This document shows positions 56,101 through 64,000 of a stretch of 64,000 bases of DNA, piece after piece. Numbering within the stretch: position 1 is the stretch's first letter; every line of letters starts with the position of its first letter. The DNA comes from Diadema antillarum. Lineage: Eukaryota. The position numbers were made by a program, and so were the translations under genes. The notes under the pieces are model-generated. The model worked only from the letters and a program-made list of their open reading frames with translations, searched no databases and had not been told where the DNA came from. The stretch is from the NCBI RefSeq assembly GCF_040938485.1, contig NW_027272091.1, positions 124,001-188,000 of the forward strand, in the 5' to 3' direction.

Positions 56101-56872
56101 TTGGAGGAGCGTCACCTTTGCACTCTTTTTTGACACACGGTATTGCAATAAATTGCACTCGTTAAATTTAAAACTAAACACGAACTTTGAACATTCGAAA
56201 AGGCGATGGCGGCGGGGGGGGGGGGGGGGGGTCTTCGGATACTTCACTAAATTTCCACGTTCGATTTTAGAACTAAATGAACACAGTAACTCTGAACGAC
56301 AAAAAGTGTAATCAAAAGATCGAGGGTAATGATGCAAAAGTTCAAGGAATTCCAAACACAAATTATCGTCTTTTCATCTCTTCATCTAACTGAAATAATG
56401 ACAGAGCCTTGTGGTGAAGAGCAGCGGCATACACTGAAGAGGCTACCCTGGATCACCGACAGTCACCCTCGATCTCTGGATGAAGCACGACAGTTTCCCG
56501 CCTAACATAGCTTTTCTCAAAGCAGGCTTCCGCACCTTCCTGCTCACGATGGGAATCACATGCTCTGCAGAAGAATGACTAAACGGGTGATATATGCTGA
56601 TAATATATACACGCTGTGTTAGTCCATCACACATGATATTGTGTTAGCAATTAGTATGACTTTATTGAAGATCGATGCTCACCTGACCCGCTCCCAACCC
56701 CTAGAGACCGAAGGATGTGGTCCGAGGGGCGGATCTCTCCCAACTTGTGAACAACAGCAGACGGAAAGTTTTCCTCGGCCCATTTCCGGTCACTAGTATG
56801 CTTGCCAGTCTTTTCCACAAACACATTGTACGCCTTGCTGTAATGAGCGAGATCAGCTGCCAAAACGTTCAT
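53172..56872 (-). CDS. HNMT: HNMT-like methyltransferase copy e, intact (312 aa); exons 56872-56683, 54593-54240, 53566-53172
   Basis: Open frame 190+354+395 nt with canonical GT-AG junctions. Closest paralog of copy d, including intron and flanking sequence. Confidence 0.92.
54629..54833. mobile_element. Palindromic MITE-like insert of about 200 bp in HNMT-e intron 1
   Basis: Inverted arms atagtgcatga..caaattctgaatttgccc..ttatattcaat / attgaatataa..gggcaaattcagaatttg..tcatgcactat. Confidence 0.75.
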
Positions 56873-57758
56873 CGCGTTTACCGTCTAGACTTTGATCAGT
56901 TATAACATAGGGCTGGTATACAGATTTATCCACGAGGCCAATGGCAATTATATTCACGTGCAATATCAGACGATCATATCAGCATTCACTCGCATAAGTA
57001 CTTCCTCGGTGTACAGATTTTCGTAGAGAAATAAATACTGGGCGACTGAGCACACCGCATAGGGATCATCGGTCACATCATGGAGGTGGATACTGTCGGA
57101 CAATTGAAAGCAGCGCGATGTACATAGTCTGTATACCGCGACCGTAACCTTGTTCTTTGAATTATACCAATGCACTAAGCCAGATCCTTCAAGAGGCGTT
57201 CTTATCAGGTAGCAGTCGTAGCACCACCACACTCTGTCACGACTTCTACACAATACTAGTAGAACATCATGTCTTATTTAACCGGCTTCACATTCATGAT
57301 AGTGAGGCAGCAAACAAACTTGCAGAGAAGTTGGCATCCCACTATAAACATTAAATTAACCGATCCGTACACCATCCGGACGGATTTAGTTTCACGTCCA
57401 GCTAGCATATGACTGCCTGAGGCCCTGAGCACTGCAATTATACAATTTTGTAGTATAGCTAGTAGCGAACTCTGATCAATGCATCTAGCATGTATAGTAG
57501 CTCCAAGATACATAGGCCTACTCGGTTGGGAAATGCTGCCTGGCTGTCTGGACATGATAGACAGCGCACAGCGGGTATATTACACAATTTATCACCAATA
57601 TTTTAAAAGTCAGCAGGTTGAAAAGAACACTGGCACTTTTTTTTTCAGAGTTACAGCTCCTTTCAAAATTGCTGGAACGACACCTTGAACCCTACACCCT
57701 AAAGCCTAAGCTATTTTGACCCTTTCAGGTACAAGGGGTGGGGGTGGGGGGGGGGGAG

Positions 57759-57900
57759 CAGGGGCGGATCCAGGAATTCCGTAAAAAGGAGGGGTGGGCG
57801 CCTGTACAAAATTAAAGGGGGCCACTCCCCCTTTTTTTTTCTCCGTTGTTTGAACATAAATAAAGGGGCGCGTGCCCGGTGCGCCTCTCGTGGATCCACC
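57759..57900. mobile_element. Short hAT-like MITE (caggggcggatccagg...gtggatccac)
   Basis: Terminal ggatcca inverted motif typical of small hAT MITEs. Confidence 0.5.
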
Positions 57901-58798
57901 ACGGGGGTGGGGGGCACCCCCTGTCCTTATTACCTCCACCAAGGAAGGAGCTTAAGTGATCATCGATCGGCGTTGGTTTTATTGTTTGTTTGCAAAATAC
58001 GGTATCTCGAAACGTTGTGAACGGATTTGAGTGATGTAAACTTGCAGGAAAAGTCGATAATGACTCAAGAAACAGGTGACTAGATTTTAGTAGTAATGGA
58101 TTTTTGAAGTATTAAAAAAAAAAAAAAAAAAACTTTTGGCATATAAGGTCGATGAACTTGGGAGTTCAAGCTGCAATAATGGAATTGTACATACGCCCTC
58201 TAAGGCAAGGCGCCGCGCAGCTAAAAGCTGATGGCGTATGTGTAAGCAGTCATTGGAAATTGCATAGTGTATGTATGTATTAGCGGAAATGAGTTGCTGG
58301 CTTGGCGGAGGTAGAGCAACTCAATAAACCCTACATGACCCTCAAATCGAAATTTATCAATGCGAAGTATTGAGGGCACTAGTCACCGCAATATACATAG
58401 GGAATAATCATGTTAAAATCATGGTTTTCCTCTGTAATTTTTTTATCCCAATGTCTTTATCTTATTCGACCAATCATTTTCACATTTCCCACAAAAGAAA
58501 AGCAAGTCAAACTTCACTAAAACAAACACACTGACACGCACCGCATACAACGGCCCCTTAAGATTTCACAATAGTCATTTGGACTTTCATTGCTTATAAG
58601 TTTACTCCGTACCGTCACAGTAAAGTTCATTCACATCGACATGCCGACGCGTTGGTATGTCGATGTGAATGAACCTAATTATAGCGCAAGCTCTCGATAA
58701 CATAGTAGCTCAAGTTGTGCATAAACATGAAAATGAAACATGTTCACATTAGGATGAACTTGTTAGTTTGAAAATAATATTCGCGCGGAATAAAGCAT

Positions 58799-58831
<33 letters not shown>

Positions 58832-59044
58832 GGGGGGGGGGGGTATACAGGGGCGTGGGAGCTCCCGAGGCGTCAACTTTTGATCAGAAACTTGGGTAAT
58901 GTAGGACATATACCATAGGGTATAGTAACTTTTTTCTTCGTCTTTTCTTTTTCTTCAAATCTCTTTGTAAAGCAATTATAACGTTAGGCTTGTATATAAC
59001 AATCACTCTCATGATCTCACATCATAGGGTGTTTTAAAATTGAT

Positions 59045-59370
59045 GGCCCGAATTCACAAAGGTGGTACAAATAAAACCAAGGTTTCAACCATGGACAAAA
59101 ACCATGGAGCGCGAAGTGTCGCACGGAATATTTCGTTACGAAATTGGTCATTTCGTCGACAAAATGACCGTTTCGTTAACGAAATTATCACTTCGTGGAC
59201 GAAATGTTCATTCAGTTACAAAATGTTGTCATTTCGTTACAAAATAATCATTTCATCGACGAAATGACTGATTTCGTAACGACATATTCCATGCGACACT
59301 TGGCGCTCCATGGTTTTTGTCCATGGTTTAAACCATAGTTTCATTTGTACCACCTTCGTGAATTCGGGCC
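59045..59370. mobile_element. Same MITE family, copy 3
   Basis: Complete TIRs ggcccgaattcac...gtgaattcgggcc, flanked by gat on both sides (possible 3-bp TSD, as in Harbinger elements). Confidence 0.85.
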
Positions 59371-59925
59371 GATGTCTTCAAATAGGTCTATTACATGCAA
59401 TGAATTTAAGATGCATTTAAAATACATGGCAACCGAACCGAAACATAGACCTTTAAAAAAAAGTCCCCAGAAGAGATAAAATTTCCAGTAAGACTTTACA
59501 CGAAAAGAAGTACACCGTATCATCCGAGTGTTGATATAGACCAACTCTCCCCTACTCAGTATACGAGAGTCTCCCCCCCCCCCCCCCCCCCCCCCCTTTG
59601 AGTTTTCTATTTGATTGCAGCTATTTCAAGAAATTCATCCTCGGTAACAAATTTGAGGGCTGCATGCTAAGAAAAAAATTATTCATATGGACGAATTCTA
59701 ATCAAGATAAACATTTTTTTTTAACCATACGTTTACTTTTTGTGTCAAAGAACAATTTGATCACTCCATTGTTGATTTTGAAGGCGAATTTTATTCTTTC
59801 CCCTTACCAGGATCCATGTCAGACAAAATTGATTGCTCGGTGTTTTAAATTACATGGAGAAAGTTTGAAATTGACCGGGAAAACCATACCGCGGTTTTGC
59901 ATATAATATAATATGTATGTCTATT

Positions 59926-59966
<41 letters not shown>

Positions 59967-60058
59967 TATATAGATAGATAAAGATAGATATAGATATATA
60001 AAGAATCAAAAAATTAACCGGTAATGCATTTATTTGCCAAAAAAGAATTAGTTTATTC

Positions 60059-60091
60059 GACTCGAATTTTCGGTGGCCTTCTTCAGGAGTC
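60059..60091 (-). ncRNA. Second, degenerate hammerhead motif (stem II shortened by 6 nt) in the opposite arm of the inverted repeat
   Basis: Minus strand reads GACTC-CTGAAGA-A-GGCCACC-GAAA-ATTC-GAGTC. Confidence 0.5.
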
Positions 60092-60206
60092 TCGACAATG
60101 ACGGTTACGGTACCAAAACACAAAGCGCGCACTCATATACAGACTTGGTTGCAATTCAATTTGTATTTTGGTACCTTCAATTTGTTTTGGGTACCGTCAT
60201 TGTCGA

Positions 60207-60245
60207 GACTCCTGAAGAAGGTGGAGGCCACCGAAAATTCGAGTC
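60207..60245 (+). ncRNA. Minimal type I hammerhead ribozyme motif (Penelope-like element type)
   Basis: GACTC-CTGAAGA-A-GGTGG(AGG)CCACC-GAAA-AT-TC-GAGTC: stem I GACTC/GAGTC, CUGANGA core, 5-bp stem II, GAAA, palindromic AAUU stem III and a UUC cleavage triplet. There is one extra A after the core. Confidence 0.7.
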
Positions 60246-61207
60246 GAATAAACTAATTCTTTATTGGCAAAATAAATGCATTACCGGTTTATTTCTTGAT
60301 TCTTCGTAATATTGGAGCCAATGCGTGAATTCTCAACATCTGTATGTATAATATGTATATATACATATATCTTTTGTACTATGATAGGCCTACTGCATAA
60401 ATGTCATACTCATGTTAAGGGCACACTCGTCACAAGTTTTTGTACTTCTAGAGATGTGTCTGCAGCATTTTGAAATTGATTGCTTGTTCACATATTTGCT
60501 GGAAATGAAATATTACATTGAAACTGAATCTCACTGTTCATTATGCCGGTAGGAACGTATAGGCAGCAACTGCAAAACTTCCTCCATTCGTGGCTCTGTT
60601 CATGGCCGGGGCTGGCGCTGTAGTGTCCCCAACTAGGGCTGGCATGGTTTTGGTCCCTCGCTATAACTCTCTCTCCGTGATGATCCTTCAGGTGCTCAAG
60701 ATGGGTCTCTTCCTCTTCCTCCTCCCTTCTGGAGTCCAGTACAAGTGCTATTTCGATAATGCTGTCTTGTTCTTTCCAGACCGATCCTCAGTCTCTAGCG
60801 CCTTCTTTTGATGACTGGGTCCATGCATTAAAGCTGGCATCTGTCTTACGATTCTTCGTTTGACTGTATTTGACCAACTTGCTTTGCTCGTTTGAGGTGT
60901 CTTCAAAATACAAGCTCTGCTTTTCTCCATTTCCGGCAATTTTGATTTGTATTTTCATCGATCGAAGTTACATTTATTGTACTTCAGTTGGTTCGAGTTT
61001 CGTTTATTACGGTGTTGTATTGATTTTGTGTAATTACGCAAAATATTGTACTGTAATTATATCTTTGTCGGAAATAAAATAAATGAAATGAAAATGAAAA
61101 ATATGATTTTGTGAATGGTCCTCCTTTTTCAAACTATGTTTTCCTATACAGTGATTAAAAAAATCAGGAAATTCTGTTGTTTTCATAGCTGTTCACACTT
61201 CCACACA

Positions 61208-61250
<43 letters not shown>

Positions 61251-61639
61251 ATTGTGCTCAGTTGCATTGCATAGATTTTGCTTGTTTTATGACGATGCCT
61301 AATTTTCGAGTCTTGTGAGCGACAACGCGCGTGCTTTGGCAGCAGTGTACTATTTTAAATCAAAGAGTTTCTGAACACATCATACTGGCGCTACTTTTTC
61401 AACTCAGGGGACATTTCATCAAGTATTTTGGGCATACTCGTGAAATAGGCCCCACCACTGCGTATCCGTATAAATACTACGGCGGCTCGCCTGTTTATAC
61501 TCGTGAATTCAGCCCCACCGTGTGGCGTTCATCGGTAGATAAGCACGGCGGTGGGGCTTTCTTCCACAGTATAATACTCGTGAATACGGCCCCACCAAAC
61601 GGGGTTTACGCGAGATACATACGGCGGTGTAGTCTGGTA

Positions 61640-62950
61640 GGAATGGGGGGTCCCCATGCACCCCCCGAACACATTTTTTAACTTACTTTTTTGTAACCCT
61701 TAGGGTGTCTAGTTAATGAATTTTTTTGTTCCCAAGAAAAAATCGTGTCCCATGGGGGTCATTGGCGGCCATCTTGGCAGCCATCTTGGATTTTCAGGGA
61801 AAATCATTATTTTCTATAACTTTTGAACTACACAGCATAAAATTAAAAATAAAGCATTTTTTCAGGGTAAATGTGACACGAGGAATCAATTGCAATGGTT
61901 ATTTACATGATTAAAGCAAGTTTGAAACAAGAAAAGACTAAAAATATGCAAATTTCCGTGTCATTTTCGCCGAAAAATACCCAAGTAGTTTAACTTTTCA
62001 ATTACACAACATACAGGGACAAATAAAACAGTACTCCAGACTTAATACGGCACGAGGAATCGTTTGAGATAGTTATTAACATGATTAAATCAAGTTACAT
62101 ACAAGAAAAGTCCAAAAATGCGAGGAAAACCAGTGTCGTCTACTCTAGAAATATTCCCAAGTAGAACATACATGACAATCTCATACCTCCTAAGAGTAAA
62201 CTAACCACTTTTTCTTAACACGGTCTGGCAGGAACGTGGGTGGGGGTCCCATGCACCCTCCTTTTTGTATCCCTTAGGGTGTCTATTTGATTTTTTTTTT
62301 TTTGTTTACAAGTAAAAATCATGTCACATGGGGGGTCATTGGCAGCCATCTTGGATTTGCGAGGAATAGCTTTAATTTCTATAACTGTTGAACTTTCCAA
62401 CATACAAGGACATAAAAATAATATCTCCAGGGTAAATTTGGCATGAGGAATCGATTGAGATGGTTATTTACATGATTAAAACAAGTATGATACATGAAAA
62501 ATCCAAAAATGCGAAAAAAAACAATGTCGTTTACTCTGGAAATTGCCAAAATAGTCCATATACATACATGACAATTATATACCTCATATGATTGACTAAC
62601 CACTAAAGTCTTAATAGTCTTGTAGGAATGGGGGATCCCCATGCACCCCTCAGGGTGTCTATTTGATTTTTTTTTTTGTTTCCAAGTAAACATATGGGGG
62701 GGGGTCATTGGCGGCCATTTTTGATTTGAGAGGAAAGTCAGTAAATTCTGTAACTTTTGAACTTTACAACATACAGAGATAAATATAATATTTCTTCAGG
62801 GTAACTGTGTCATGAGAAATCGATTGAGATGGTTATTTATATGATTAAACCAAGTTTGATACAAGAAAGGCCAAAATACGAAAAATTTGGTGTCATTACA
62901 CTGTAGACTACCCCAAATCCGTACACATACATGACAGACTACCTCAAAAA
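61640..62950. repeat. Three related tandem units (agggtgtcta...gggggtcattggcggccat) with periods of about 575 and 380 bp
   Basis: Unit starts at about 61700, 62275 and 62650 share blocks in the same order. Confidence 0.8.
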
Positions 62951-64000
62951 AAAAATGACTTAGCACTTTGTCTTTAGATCATAGCTCAAATATTGTGTTT
63001 TGTATATTAAAAAAAAAGATGCAACATGCAACTCTAAGCATTTTGACGCCTCACTTGTTGAAATCAAATGAAAAATGTAAGCACGATGGCAATTCATATG
63101 CAGATACCCCTAAAATAGCAGATCAAAAGAGGTGAACATACAAATTTTGATCACAACATGTGAAAGTGACTAATCAACAAAATTCAAACCTAAAATATAA
63201 TTGAACACTTTTTGTGTGCATTTTTTATTTCATTTAATTTTGTATTTGAAGAGTTTGAGTAAGGGTACTTTTATAAAGGAAATCACTGTGCCAAAATGCT
63301 CTGTCGGTTTAATTTAGGTGCCAGATTGTTATCATTAAAACTTATTTAAGATTAAGTTAACTCTTTATGTGCCATGGTGGAAACCCCCTGTGTGCCAAGT
63401 TATTCTGAGACACGAAGGTAGTCATGCTTTGAGAAAGAATTCTGTTATTCCGATTTGTATAACTTCTACAAATTTCTGTTAAGATAGGCATAATAGTAGG
63501 CAAAGTCAAAGAGGAATGCCAAGCTTTGTTACGATATTATTTGCATGACGAATCTATTTTCAATTTTTCTTTTGAACGACCAGTTGCTACATTACTGTAA
63601 AGGCATGACTTTTGCCCATAAAACCGTGACAGAAACTTAGAATGTACGAGCAAATTGAGTTGGGAACATCGCTTGATAGTCGACCACCACATAGAATACA
63701 AGTCGTATACGAGAGGAACAAAAGCGCAAGAAACGCTTTCATTGTGCCGCGGGATTAGCAGTAATAAGCGGTTTATCGATCGGTCTTGGCGGCTTTGTTT
63801 GTTGAGCAGAATATGTGAAGTTAGCACGCCGTCGACTGAGTCGGACGTGCGAACATGGCACATAAAGAGTTAAAAATGGTTTATTCAAACGTATTTGTTT
63901 AAAGCCTTCCTGTCTGAAAAAAACAACAACATATGAATTTTACTTGACAGCCAGAAATCCACTCTATATGTAGGACCGAGACATATATATATATATATAT

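Larger units (their letters stand above)
60001..60304. repeat. Inverted repeat with arms of about 120 bp; probable inverted pseudo-LTR pair of a Penelope-like element
   Basis: Arms 60001-~60123 and ~60181-60304 are reverse complements, each containing a hammerhead motif. Confidence 0.8.

Noticed and set aside
58816-58843. Long poly-G/poly-C tracts (also near 12600, 12741, 49830, 50221, 56213, 59574) as G-quadruplex elements
   Set aside because: Simple homopolymers of unreliable length with no consistent position relative to genes.
59845-60309. Opposite-strand ORFs sharing VIVETPEEG...HRKFESNKL
   Set aside because: Produced by the inverted repeat carrying the hammerhead motifs.
60570-60940. 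Purine-rich minus-strand stretch with partial reading frames (…SRREEEEEETHLEHL…) next to the hammerhead repeat
   Set aside because: Interrupted by stops and has no motif I can recognise. It might be a PLE remnant but cannot be supported without a search.
61434-61630. CRISPR-like repeat-spacer appearance
   Set aside because: Eukaryotic context, only three degenerate units of unequal spacing and no cas genes; kept only as a low-interest repeat.

Overview
Eukaryotic (animal) genomic DNA: intron-rich, AT-rich, from a gapped assembly with three N-gaps. The repeat families suggest a marine deuterostome invertebrate, probably an echinoderm (inference only). All genes are on the minus strand. (1) At 2.5-13 kb is the 5' part of an integrin beta gene (signal peptide, PSI, hybrid and start of the beta-I/MIDAS domain), which presumably continues off the left edge. 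(2) At 15-57 kb is a tandem array of five 3-exon histamine N-methyltransferase (HNMT)-like genes, here called a-e. Copies c, d and e look intact (312 aa). Copy a has a premature TAG. Copy b has lost SAM motif I and its first donor in a deletion that ends inside a MITE. The paralogs keep the SAM-binding motifs but share replacements at HNMT histamine-contact positions (E28->K, Q143->H). They also carry a hypervariable C-terminal loop, have mosaic exon 2 sequences, and switch between GC and GT at the intron 2 donor. Non-coding DNA holds decayed CR1/L2-type LINEs, many MITEs (Harbinger-, hAT-, Kolobok- and CACTA-like), tandem repeats, and an inverted repeat at 60.0-60.3 kb with minimal type I hammerhead ribozyme motifs of the Penelope-element kind. 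Exon models were built by hand and have no expression support.
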